NCBI GenBank assembly: GCA_964016885.1
Contig: OZ024743.1
Span: forward strand, 72,354,001-72,418,000
Source of the DNA: Eledone cirrhosa
Taxonomy: Eukaryota
Direction: 5' to 3'
DNA length: 64,000 nt
Shown: positions 1-12,648 of the stretch, in pieces
Position numbering within the stretch: position 1 is the stretch's first letter
How the letters are laid out: the number at the start of each line of letters is the position of its first letter
Position numbers and translations under genes: made by a program
The notes under the pieces: model-generated
Told to the model about the DNA's origin: nothing
The model's input: only the letters and a program-made list of their open reading frames with translations
Databases searched by the model: none

Positions 1-91
1 AAAAGGGAAAGCTAGTAGAAATATCTGGAAGGTACATCTTACTATAGAGTAAAGCGTAGCTTTATTTATGTCGATATACTTAAACACATAG

Positions 92-224
<133 letters not shown>

Positions 225-529
225 GGAGTGAGTGTGTGCATTTTTCTGCAACTGAGATCTTACCCTTCTTACTTTCTAAAAGGTCAGTTTTCAAAGAACG
301 TTTGCCTACACTACAAATCAAAACTAAAATAACATAGATATCATTTTAACATGATAGCTCCTCTATTTCATAACATATGTAGACGATAATATGTTATTAC
401 GTTTTGTTATTAAGCTTAATTAGATTAATCAATATCTTAGTTAATCTATTTTTTGCCAAAACCAAGTAGTTCATCATTGTTTTCTTAAATCTCTACTTCT
501 CTTCGCATTTTATGAGGGATGTAGTTCTA

Positions 530-945
530 AAATCGAAATTGACCATCCTCAATTTGTACTCGTACAAAACCTTACCTATGGTCACAAATCGTAGGTAATG
601 ACCGAAAGAATACGATCGCGAGTACTAGCTACCGAAATGCGGTTCATCGGAAAGGTCTTTGGAGACACGTTAGTGATAAAGTGCATAGCCCGGAGATCAG
701 AGAGTCACTTCAGGTAGAGCCGCTATTTCTCCGATTTGAGAGAACAAAGCTTTTACAGAATTTACAGGGAAAACAAAACGACAAGAGATCTTGGGGCAGA
801 CCTAGAACAAGATGGTTGAATATCATACATGATTTCGGCTGATTTCGCTTCGGGACCCAGCCAGATCAAATTGGAGACGGTTGCTTCTGCCAGGACCCGC
901 TGGAAGGAGTGTTTGCAGATTCTGCCACCACTCCGAACACCCTAG

Positions 946-946
<1 letters not shown>
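530..946 (+). mobile_element. Degenerate 3' fragment of an RTE-clade LINE ending in the (TAA)n tract
   Basis: Frameshifted translation gives RTE C-terminal motifs: LTYGH..VMTERIRSRV.ATEMRF, EIRESLQVEPLFLRFER, GRPRTRWL, RTRWKECLQILPP. A related fragment lies at ~52900-53220. Confidence 0.7.

Positions 947-1008
<62 letters not shown>
947..1008. repeat. (AAT)n tract, left boundary of the retrotransposon nest
   Basis: Perfect trinucleotide run. Confidence 0.98.
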
Positions 1009-1010
<2 letters not shown>

Positions 1011-1258
1011 TTTCTTTATTAACCACAAAGGTTTACATAAAGTAGACATTAAGGACAGTGCAGGACAATACAGGACGGTACAAATGGGCATTTCTGCGTG
1101 TAAAAAACAAAAACAGAGGATGTAACAAAAAATAACAATGAAAAATTCCCCAATATGGGGGAGACTTCGGAGGGACATTTGTGGAGAAAGCCCAGTAAAA
1201 GGCCAAAATGACCCTGACCACCAAGGCAAGTGCCCTCTCCCAGTTTTCCACCTTTAAT

Positions 1259-4200
1259 TTACAGATATATACTCAGAGTAGGCCCATTCACTCGAGCCAT
1301 TCTTGCTTCTCTCACCCATCTTTCAACAAAATGCTGGGAAGAGAGCACTTCCCTCTCTACTCTGATTTTCCTTTTCAAATGAAATTTGAAAAAGTCAATC
1401 AGAGCATCACCGAAGAGGTAAGTGCTCGTCTTCAGCCCTTTCAAACGTGTCCACCATACTATATCTTTCGCCATGGCCACAAGACAGATAAAAACTGCCT
1501 GCCCTTCCTGGCTAAAGGAGGAGGGCGGGGCAATCCTCACGATGGACTCAGATGATAGCCGGATCCGTCCTAAACGCGACAGCAGGTGTTCGACATAAAC
1601 CCACAAGTCAGGAATTTTCGGACACTGCAAGAGTGCGTGCAGGACGGTTTCGTCGCCCTGCGCGCTTCTCGGACATGCCCGGCTGACGGCACCTCCTAGA
1701 GTTTATCCCGAACTGGCAAGGCTCCTCGGTAGCACTGCCAGGCCAGAGATTTCTGGAAGTTGTCCATAGGCCTTGGCCCGAAAGTTCTTCCGAAGAGATT
1801 GGCTAGTTGATTTTCGTCAACGCCTAGATTTTCCCCAAGTATGGCGTTGCACTTCCCCTCCACTAATCCTCTATAGAACGCCGAGGTGGAGTTTCCACCG
1901 ATCACATTGCCCGATTGGTCGAGGGCTGTGAGCGCCTGAAGACATTCCAGTCTTCAGGCGCTCCCTCTCGGTCTTCGCTTGACCCAGGACTGCAGCTCCG
2001 TCAAGGAAACGAGCTGGGGAAATACGTGTCTAGCAAACGGCGACCACACCTGATCACCGTCGAGGAAGAGGTGGAGATGTCGTAGCCTCAGCGCGTGCTT
2101 GCGCATCATCAGCCACGGCATGCCCAGCCCTTCACGTAGCGGGTGTTGGCAACAGATGGACCGCCTGACAATCGGAGCGCGTCCCTTCCACAAAAAGCGA
2201 AAGATCAAACGCTCCAGCGCAGTCAGGCGAGGCTTAGGACAAGGTACGACGGTCAGGCGGTAGCAGATGACAGACGCGATGTACGCGTTAGCCACCTCCG
2301 CTCGACTTTCAGGGATAGCTTCCTCCCCGCCCATTTCTGGGTGAGAGAAGCCACCCTGCTCGTTACCTCGTCCCAGTTTTTGTCCGTCTGGAGGTCCGGA
2401 CCTAACCAGACCCCTAGCAATTTCACCGGTCCGTTCGTCCAGCGTCCGACGACGCTGTTGGACGGCATGGACCTGCTTCTCCAGGTGCCGAGCTGCAGGC
2501 CCACTGACTTTTCCTGGTTGATCATTGCTCCTGTCACCGCTTCGTATTCTCTTAGTGTAGTGCCGATCGCCTCGATGTGTTTGGCGTTCAACACCACTAC
2601 GGTGACATCGTCCGCATATGCTGACACGGATCTTCCGCATCTTAGTTCGCCCGGGACGCCTCTCAATGTCTCCAGTTTGTGCAGTAATGGCTCGAGGGTC
2701 AATACGTACAAGAGGGACGAGAGGGGACATCCTTGGCTGACCGAGCGCATGATGTTGAACGGTTCCGAAAGGTGATCGTTCACTCTCACCACAGAGAAGA
2801 TGTCGCTGTGCATAGCAGCGATCCACCCTCTGAGGATGGGTCCAAAGCCAGCCGCCCTCAGGACTGCCGCTAGGTAACGATGGTCGACCCTATCGAAAGC
2901 TTTAGACTGATCTAAATTGATCAAGAACCCACCCGTGCCAGGTTACCTAGCTACCCAATCTACGATGTATCGCATGAGCTGGAGGTTGTCGTGGATGAAT
3001 CTGTCGGGAATGGCGCATGTCTGCGCCTCTCCCACCAGACCACCAACGACAAGCGCCAACCTCTTTGCTAGCACCTTGGCCAAAATCTTGAACTCTGTGT
3101 TTAGCAGTGTTATGGGCCTGAAATTATCTATGTTATCCCCCTTGTTCGGATCCTTTCTCAGCAGTGCCACCGCTCCTCGGCTCACAGAACTGGGAATTCT
3201 CCCGTTCTGTTGCCAGTTGCAGTAGACGTCCGCCAAGAGGCCTCCGAACAAGTCTGGCATCTGTACGTAAAGTTCATAGGGCAGACCATCCAAACCAGGC
3301 GATTTACCCCTTGTGCAGCCAGTCATTGCCTCCATTACTTCAGCAGCTGTTATCGGCTTTTCGCAACACTTCGCCTCAGTGGCCGAGAACCGCGGCAGTC
3401 CGTCGAGGTAGACACTAAAGTCCATCCCTCGACCCGGCCCACCGATTCCCCCGAACAGCTGAGCGAAGTGTCGCTGAAAAGCTTCACACATTTGCCCGGG
3501 ATCGAGTAGCATGCGCCCGTCGTGGTCCACCAAAGACCGGATCGTGGCTTTGTTTCCACGACTCACCTCCGCCACTCGGGCCCATTGAACGGCTTTCGTC
3601 CCCTCGTGTCTGAGAGCACGCACCCTTGCTCTGACAACGCAGCCTTCGTGCTTTGCATTGAAGAATTGGTCAAGGGCCAATTTCGCCGCAAGCACGTCGG
3701 TCGCAATGCCTTTGCTAAGCGCCTCGTCTAATTTTCTAACTAGTTCTCCCTCTGCTCTATTTTTCTCTATTGCTAAAGCCTTACTAAACCTAATGGATTC
3801 TATTCTAATCGCTCTTTTCAGAGCAAACCACCACTTGTTGTTGACGATGGTCCCCGTCAACGCCCGCTTAACTAGTTCGCTAATCCGGTCTCTGTAGGCC
3901 TTGCGCGCTGGTAAGGATGCGTTTAGCTTCCAGTAGCCGGGTCCTCGTCTATGAAGCCTATCTAAGTCAAGCACACAGATCACGAATTTGTGGTCCCTGT
4001 AGCTGACTATCTTGAATTGTGGACAGCCTATGCTAGACCTATCTATTTCCCTACAAAATACTCTATGTAGATATGATCTGGATGACCCAATGCGATTTGT
4101 GCAAGTCCACATTGGCACATTCGGGAAATCCAATCGGTACCTTTCAGACAGTTCAAAACGCCTGAGCAGATTGGTGAGGCTCTTGCACCCTCCACCCCTA

Positions 4201-4668
4201 TCCGCTAATCCCACACAGTCCCAGCGTGCATCTAAGATCCCGTTCCATTCGCCCACTAACACTAAAGAGCGGGACGTTCCAAGAAAGGTCTCCAGACGCC
4301 GGAAGAAATCAGGCCGCCCTGCTCCTGTCGGGGCATAGACGGCCACTAGCCTGAAAGCTTGCCCGTCTCCGCTGGTCACGTCCAGCACCAACAACTTACC
4401 CTCTGGGTCCAGGAAGAAGGCCCGTATGGCGAGATCCAAATCTCTCCGAAAAAGCACAGCAACTCCTCCCCCCGATCCAGGACGGCTGGGAGATGCGTAC
4501 ACATCGTAGCCGCCAAAGATCGGTGCGAAGGCCCGTGCTTCGGAGATTCTGGTCTCGCTGATGGCCACTACATCTGTTTAGTGACCTGAGGTCGTTGAGC
4601 AAGTGACCCTGCTTCCATGACAACCCCAAGCCACGCGCTTTTATGCTGCCTATTCTGAGTGAGGTCAT
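1259..4668 (-). pseudogene. Tx1-A ORF2: apurinic-like endonuclease + reverse transcriptase, disrupted
   Basis: Starts MTSLRIGSIKARGL. APE motifs AISETR, VYAP, GEWNG, DHK. RT motifs KSPGLDG, FRPITLLN, LDQSKAFDRVDH, QGCPLS, YADD. C-terminal C..ETVLHALLQCP. Frameshift near 4575, stop at 2943-2945, further frameshifts downstream. Confidence 0.92.
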
Positions 4669-4689
4669 GTTTAAAATAGAGTGGAAAAG

Positions 4690-6811
4690 ATGGGAAAGAC
4701 CACTTACCGTACTTTTCGTAGAGGAGGGATGGTTTTTACATCCCTTTTCACTTAATCGTCTGGTGAAGGGACCGTTGAATCGTCCCTTCGGCTGGCCATC
4801 GGCTCTTCTATGAGTATGTCCGAATATACTCTTCGGTTGATAGTTCCTCCTAGGTCTCTGAAATCACCAACTGCGTTGGGGAATTTCGTTTTAATGTTTG
4901 TGTATTGTTTCTGTGCTATTTTTACCAGTCTTATGTTAGTTGGCGTTTTGATTGGTGCTGGTATTATGTAGTCGTGTTGTGAAATGTCTGTGTGTTCAAT
5001 TATGTAAGTCCTTAGTTTCTTGTTGTGTGTATTTATTGCCGTGCATTTGTTTTTCTGGGGGTAGGGTGTGGTTCTGCTATTTTCTTGTCGTTTTTGCTGG
5101 GTGTGTGTGTTTTGTTGTTGTGTTTCCGATGTTGGTGCTTGTGGTGGTGGTGTTGAAGGTGTTGTTGTTGTTGGCGGTGGGGTTGTCGCCGATGGTGATG
5201 GTGGTGCTAGTGTGGGTGGTGATGGTGTTGGTGGTGTTGCTGCTGTGAGTCTCTTTGCAGTAGACTTTACCCTTTTTTCATTTCTTTACTCCCTTTTCAA
5301 AGGCGACGATGCGCTGCTTCTGCGTTTGTGCCTTCTTACAACCTTTTGCCATCCCTCTCCCACCTCACACTCCATGTATGATTCTGTGAGGTCGGGGAGG
5401 GGTACCAGCTCCACTCTTTCACATGTTGTTGTTGGTGATGTTTGCACTGGAGTCTCTGTTGCAGCTGCATTTGGTATTGCTGTTGTTGTTGTTGTTAATA
5501 CTTCCACTGCTGCTGCTGTTTTTGATTTCCGTGGCGTGGGTATGGGTGCCACGGACCTATCGTTCCTGGTTGGCGCTTGTCCTGTTGCTGGTAGCCGTGG
5601 AGCCGGTTTCGGAAGGAGGGGGGTTTTCTCCTTTCTCAGGGTCTTCTCGTTGCAGAAGGCCCTGAGGTGAGTCTTCGATCCACAGCGAAAGCATTTCGGG
5701 CGTTTGCCCTCAATACTTATGGGCAGTTGAGTGCCGTTATCGAAGTCTATCACATCCGGGATAGCTTCGATGCACTCCTGGTTGGTTTGGATTAACATCT
5801 CAATAGAGGTGCCGACCCAATCTTCTCTTACTTTTTTCTGTACTTGCAGTACAGTTGTTTTGTCCTCGATTCCGACGAGGACAGACGCGGCCAGCCAAGA
5901 AGGGGCCATCCCGGGGTGGACGTGGGTCAGTTTGACCCTCACAATTTTTTGCCCGCAGTAGGAGGGCACCAACACCATTTCCTCGCTCCTTAGGGTCACT
6001 ACGGATTGAGCCTTTGCCTCCTGGGGTGTGGCAAAAAGTACGTCTACGGTGGCATATTTCTTGCCTCGGGTGATGTGTGTTTTCCGCTGCCACACAGACA
6101 CCAAGGCTTTTTGTATTTGAGCCTCTGTGGCACTTTCCACCCTACGGGATTTTGTACTTACTGTACGGTACGTGACCGTACAGTGCTGTTGGGTTTTGAA
6201 AAAATTTTCCGCTGCCTTGCAGATTGCTCGGTGTCCGGTTTTTGTCACCATCTTCTTCGCTTCCTCTAATTCCTAATTTGTTATGAGGATTGTTTCCAGG
6301 TTCTTCGCGATACCTGCAAACAAGATTGTTTTTTTTGCTGCTGTTGTTGTTGTTGTTGTTGACGTCAGAGCTGCTGTTACTTTTGTTGTTGCTGCAGGTA
6401 CTACGACTACTGCCGCTGTTGCTGTGGTTGTTGTTGTTGTTGCTGCAGCTAATGCTGTTGTTGTTTATGCTGCTGCTGATGCTGTTGCGGCTGCTACTGT
6501 TGTTTTCATTGTCACTGTTCCTGTTGTTACTATGGCTGCTACTGCTATTATTCCTGACGTCAGACGAATGAAATGGGTTTTCGTATTTCCCGCACACCTG
6601 TTTCGTCGTCGTTGTCGTCGTGGAGAAATCTTGCACGCTTTGCACGAGACTTTTCTTTTCTGTCGTCGCTTGTGGAAAGAGAAAGGAGGGAGAGAGACAC
6701 ATTTAAAGAAGGGAGGGAGAGAGACAATCTTCTCTCTGCTGTAGTGACGATTGAGGAAGAAGAAGCCGGAATGAGTGGGAGTGACCTATGAAAATTATTT
6801 TTCGTAGCCAT
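4690..6811 (-). pseudogene. Tx1-A ORF1 (gag-like nucleic-acid-binding protein), disrupted
   Basis: Core ORF 5286-6251 contains the CX2CX4HX4C knuckle CFRCGSKTHLRAFC and Thr/Ala-rich low-complexity flanks, and is homologous to ORF1 of copy E. Ends are approximate. Confidence 0.75.
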
Positions 6812-7029
6812 GTTGTTTTTTTTTTGTTTAAAATAAATATTGGGCACAAAACCCCAATAAGCAGTTATTTAACCCCGAAGGGCCAAATAACGGGCAGAAA
6901 GACACCTCTCTCTCGAGGAGGGTGTTTTTTGTCTACAAGTTGGTAAAAGTTTTAAACAATTTACAATTGTTATAGCGTTCAAAATTTACAATACCTTACA
7001 TAGCCGAGCCTCCGTCAACCATAGCATTC

Positions 7030-7067
<38 letters not shown>

Positions 7068-7077
7068 TAATAATAAC
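7030..7077. repeat. (AAT)n spacer between Tx1-A 5' end and Dong-B
   Basis: Trinucleotide run with one AAC variant. Confidence 0.95.
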
Positions 7078-10000
7078 TAGACAATATACGAAGAAATATT
7101 GTAAGAAAAAAGTTACTAACTGATATAGAAATTGATCAGATCAAGCTATTAGCACAAAGTCAGCGAAGGGAAAATGAAACATGTGTCAGTGAAAACGAGG
7201 TAAATTGTAACACTTCGAATCCCAGGGTTGGGGCGGAATCACTGGCAACAGAACAAATTAAAGAATGGATCGAAAAAGTGGAGGGAATGCATGCTCAAAA
7301 TGAAACTCCAAATGAAAATAATGAGATCGTAAATGATAAAGAAATGAATGATAATGAATTTGCCAACTTGAAGGAGGAAATTATGATCGAATGGATGAAA
7401 ATGAAAGAATCTGACATGGGGCAACGAGACACCCTCCCTAAGATCCAGAACTCCAAACAGAACCAAAAGATAATACACAAGACTAACATAATTCTCAAAA
7501 ACATTATCATCACAAACAAACTAAACATTTCTGATTTAAATCATCTCTATTATGCATCGGCTAAAGTCACCACTCACTTATGTGGAGTGAAGATGAAAAA
7601 ACAAAGGAATTCCCACAAGAAATCTACTTGGCAAGAGAACATCAATCGCCAAATAAACCTTCTCCAAACTGACATAGAAATTTTAACAAACTATAAAGTA
7701 GGTGAACATGTTAAACAAACTAAACTTAGAAAATTGAAAAAAAGTACAGTATAAAATCAACAAGTGACATAGACATGCTGATAGAAATAATCAAGCAAAA
7801 AGTGTCGGCCAAAGCTGCTCGTATAAGGCGCTTTGAAAAACGATCTAGATTCTATAAGGACAATAATATGTTCAAAACCAACCAAAGAAACTTCTACTGT
7901 AAAATTGGTTAGTCAACAATAACTGCTAAATCAATACCACCCAAGGAGGAAGTGCAAGAATTCTGGGAAAAGATCTGGGCCGAAGAAAAAGTTCATAACA
8001 TACATGCCCCATGGATAGACAGACAAATGAAAGATACAGCTCACCTTGAGGAACAAATATGGGAAAATATAACAGTTGAACAGTTGCGCTTGGCTCTAAG
8101 AAAAACCAGCAAATGGAAATCCCCAGGAAAAGACAAAATACAAAATTTTTGGATAAATGCCTTCACAGTCTCATGAGCTGTTAGCCCAACTTTACAATGA
8201 AATAGTTAAGGAGCCAGAAAAGATACCATCATGGCTAGTTAACGGCATTACATTCCTGCTTCCGAAGAATGATGAGACAAACAATCCCAAAAATTACAGA
8301 CCGATAACTTGCTTGACCACAATGTATAAAATGTTAACATCAGTCCTAACTGAATACACGTATGACCACCTGATAACAAATGACCTATTTCCCATTGAGC
8401 AGAAAGGGTGTAAACAAGGCTCATATGGCTGTAAGGATCAGCTTTTGGTTAACAAAATGATACTGGATGATTGTCATAATAGACACAAAAATCTATCGAT
8501 TGCTTGGATAGATTATAAAAAAGAATTCGATAGTTTGCCACACAGTTGGATTGAAAAATGTTTAGAGATTTTCAAAATATCCCCCGTTGTCAGGAGGTTT
8601 TTGTCATTCAGTATGAAGACATGGAAAACGACACTCCTTCTGAATAGTGAAACAAAATCACTGGAAGCTGGAGAAGTTAATATTAATTGTGGAATTTTTC
8701 AGGGTGACTCTTTATCACCGCTTTTATTCTGCATCGCACTTATACCATTAAGTAAAATGCTCAATGAAACAAAACATGGATATAAAGTCTATGACAAAAC
8801 CATTAATCACTTGTTCTACATGGATGACCTGAAACTATTTGCAAAAAATGATGAACAATTGCAAGGGCTATTATCAACTGTGGAGCAGTTCAGTGATGGC
8901 ATTAAAATGGAGTTTGGACTAGACAAATGCGCCAAAGCAACGTTCACCAGAGGAAAGCTGCTGAAGAGTTCAGACATTAATCTTGATCGGGGGAACGTGA
9001 TAAGAGAATTTGATCAAGAAAAAACTTACAAATATCTAGGTGTTTCTGAAGGAGACGGAATCAAGCACTCGACAATCTTAAGAACGGAATTGAATGCAAG
9101 GAATAGGATCGATGCCATAAACACGCTTGCCATACCAATAGTAACCTACAGTTACAATGTCATCAACTGGTCAAGCACAGAGATCCGTAGGCTCGATACA
9201 AAAATTCGAAAATTCTTAACCATGCACAGAATTCATCACCCTAAGGCAGATATAGATAGAATATATCTCCCTAGGAAAGAAGGAGGACGTGGGTTAATCC
9301 AGTTAGACATTGCCTTGAAAACTGCAACAATTGGATTATCTACATATCTAAGGGAATCACATGATTGGATGATCAAACTCGTTTTGAAACACGAAAGCAT
9401 CAAAAGATCATATTCCATTACAAAAGATGCGCAAAGATACAGTAATGGACTACAAATTTCAGAAGTCCCATTTACTGCTGAAATGGAAAACACAGAAAAA
9501 GCAAAGCAGGTAAAAGTAACTGCAAAGAAAGAACTGCTACAGAAACTGGCTAAGAAATGGCAAGAAAAGCCTCTGTATGGAAAATACCCAGAGCGAGCTA
9601 ACAATCCTGATGTTGACAAAACTTTAATTCATCAGTGGTTGGCATCCTCTGGACTGAAATCGGAGACTGAAGGACTGATTATATCAGCACAAGATCAGTG
9701 TCTGCCAACAAAAAATTACCAAGCCAACATAATAAAAGATGGATGCAGCCCATTATGCCGTGTATGCAAAAAACAACCAGAGACCATTGACCATATAATT
9801 TCAATGTGCAGTCCTATAGCTACCACCGAATACCTAAACAGGCATGACAGAGCTGCACAATACATACATTGGATAATGTGTAAGCATTTTGACCTGCCCC
9901 ATCAAAAGAATTGGTGGGAGCATCAACCACCTCCTATACTTGACAAAGATCACATCTCAATCTTGTGGAACTTTAGTATCCAAACAGACCGAAAAATAGA

Positions 10001-10466
10001 TGCAAATAGACCTGATATAATATTGAAGGACTTTAAAAAGAGGGTATGCCTGCTAATTGATATGTCTGTTCCAATAGACAAGAATGTATCTATAAAAACA
10101 TTTGAAAAATTGAGCAAGTATAAGGACCTGGAGATAGAAATTGGAAAAATGTGGAAATTGAGAACTAAAACAATACCAGTGGTTGTAGGCGCTCTGGGAA
10201 TGATACATAAGGGGTCTAATGATTACTTATCGCAAATCCCAGGAAACCCGCGTATAGGAGAAATAAAAAAGATAGTACTAATGGGAACTGCCCATATACT
10301 AAGGAAGATTCTGTCAATATAAGTACATCACAAGTGTAAACACTAAAGATGCATGTGTGAGTATGTATGTTCTTTCTTGAACATGGCGGACCTTGTTGTC
10401 TCTTGAGGTCACTGGTTGTGACTTGGTGATAACTCGCATGAACATAAAACAAGATAAATGCAACTG
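7078..10466 (+). mobile_element. R4/Dong-clade RLE non-LTR retrotransposon, family B, 5'-truncated
   Basis: Begins mid-ORF directly after (AAT)n. RT, CCHC and PD-(D/E)xK nuclease domains, a short 3' UTR and a (TAA)n tail at 10467-10487. Confidence 0.9.
7080..10322 (+). pseudogene. Dong-B RT-RLE polyprotein, frameshifted
   Basis: KSPGKD, YRPITCL, GIFQGDSLSPLLF, YMDDLKL, CRVC..ETIDHIISMC, RHD, NRPDI..D..K..KY.DL. Frameshifts near 7745 and 8165. Apparent in-frame deletion of ~15 aa near 9070 relative to family C. Confidence 0.88.
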
Positions 10467-10483
10467 TAATAATAATAATAATA

Positions 10484-12608
10484 ATAACATCCCTCCACCC
10501 GAAACTGACAACCATGTTCAATAACTGCTTGATGTCAGGTGAGGTACCAGAGTGGTTGACAAAAGGTACCACAGTTCTGATAATGAAAGACCGAATCAAG
10601 GGTAATGTTGTTACCAACTATAGACCTATCACATGTCTGTCCGTAATGTGGAAACTGTTGACAAGCATTATGTCTGAGGAAATCTACCATCACCTCCACA
10701 CAAACAACTCGTTACCGGACGAACAGAAAGGATGCCGAAAGAAGTCACGTGGTACAGAGGACCAGTTACTTATTGATAAGAAGGTAATGAGGAATTGCAA
10801 GAGGAGACACACTTGTCTTACCATGGGATGGATAGACTACAAACAGGCATTTGACATGGTGCCTCATTCTTGGATCACCAAAAGCCTGGAGATCTTCAAG
10901 GTGGCAGATATCATAAGACAGTTGTTGGGCAAAAGTATGAAGACCTGGGAAACAGAGTTAACATCAACTGGAGAATCCTTGGGAAGCGTGAAGATCAAGA
11001 GAGGTATCTTCCAGGGAGATAGTCTGTCCCCTCTGTTGTTTGTCCTTGCCCTGATGCCCCTGACCAGTTTACTGCGAAAAGTGAGAGCAGGATACAGGTT
11101 GGGAAAGGGAGAGCTTACCATCAATCACCTCCACTTCATGGACGATCTTAAGCTCTTCGGGAGAAGTGAGAAGGAGTTGGATGTGCTTGTTGACACTGTC
11201 GGTATTTTCAGCAATGATATATGTATGCAATTCAGTATTAGTAAGTGTGGAGTCATTGTGATGAAGAGGGGTAAATTGAGCAGAAGTAACGGAATCCGGG
11301 TAGCAACAGGTGAGATGATAAAGGAAATTGACTCTGAAGAAGGATACAAGTATTTGGGCGTTCTGGAGTCTGATGACATCAAGAACAAAAAAATGAAGGA
11401 ATTGATAAGAACTGAATACATTCGGAGAGTAAGGAGCGTATTAAAGTCACATCTGAACAGTAGGGATGCCATAAGTGCAGTAAATTCCCGAGCTGTGTCT
11501 ATTATTAGGTACAGTGCGGGAATTCTGAGATGGAATGTTGCTGAACAAAAAGAAATGGATAGGAAGACCAGGAAGCTATTGACTATCTACAACATGTTCC
11601 ACAAGATGTCGATAGACTCTAGTTAAGGAGATCTGAAGGTGGAAGAGATGTTATCAGCATAGAGGACTGTGTTCAGATGGAGAAAAACAACCTACACAAA
11701 TACGTGACTGATAGTAAGGAGCCAATGCTGAGAACTGTACTGAAGGAGGGGACAATAGGCCAGGGATGTCCAAGGAGGAAATAACATCAAGGAGAAAGAG
11801 CAGCCTTCAGGAAAAATCCCTTCATAGTACCTTCTTTGAGAAAACTGAATTTAGAGATCCACAGACATGGAACTGGTTGAAAAGAGGAGACCTTAAAAAG
11901 GCTACAGAAGGAATGTTAATGGCTGCGCAGGAGCAGGCCCTCAAAACGAAGTGGTTGAAATACCATATTTACAAGGAGGAGACTAGCCCACTGTGCAGGA
12001 TCTGTGGAGAGAGAGAGGAGACTGTGGCTCACATTGTATCCGAGTGTAAACACCTAGCCCAGACTCACTATAAGGGTTGGAGACATGATGTGATGGGCAG
12101 GGTGATCCACTGGCACCTATGCAAAGTAAACAATTTACCACATTCTGAGAAGTGGTATGAGCATAAGCCAGAGTCGGTGATAGAAAACGATCAGGTGAAG
12201 GTGCTGTGGGATTTTAGGATAAGGTGCTGTGGGATTTTAAAGAAAAAATATCGTGCCTGATTGTGGATGTGGCCTGCCCATTCGACACGAGAGTGCAAGA
12301 GAAGGAGAGTGAGAAAATTAACCGATACCAGGACTTAAAGTGTGAGGTAAAAAGGATTTGGAATTGCCATGAAGTCAAAGTGATCCCGATTGTCATAGGC
12401 GCACTAGGGACTATCTCAAAAAGTTTCCAGGCATGGTTAAAGAAAACTGGCCCCTTCACGCTTTTTGGAACGCTTAAAAAGGCATGCTTGCTGGGAATAG
12501 TAAAAACCCTCTGATACGTCCTGAATATCTGAGTCTGCAGGTAGTGGCTTGCTATTCATTTCAACAAACTTTCCAGTTAACTAACATAAATGACTGAGAC
12601 TCAAAGAG
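10484..12608 (+). mobile_element. Dong family C, copy C1, 5'-truncated and defective
   Basis: Roughly 90% identical by eye to 27215-29379. Frameshift and TAG near 11605-11622. The RPD catalytic segment is replaced by a short duplication near 12200-12240. (AAC/AAT)n tail at 12609-12648. Confidence 0.93.
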
Positions 12609-12648
12609 TAATAACAACAACAATAATAATAATAATAATAATAATAAT

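Larger units (their letters stand above)
1009..7029 (-). mobile_element. Full-length Tx1/L1-type non-LTR retrotransposon, copy A (defective)
   Basis: Minus-strand ORF1 with a CCHC knuckle and ORF2 with APE + RT + C-terminal Cys/His motif. AATAAA lies just before the 3' end. Flanked on both sides by (AAT)n. Confidence 0.92.

Noticed and set aside
4700-4712. Conserved minus-strand GTAAGT just upstream of Tx1 ORF2 (also ~22242-22248)
   Set aside because: Explained by ORF1 codons (Y-G-K-W) in a region of general A/E identity. No supported acceptor.
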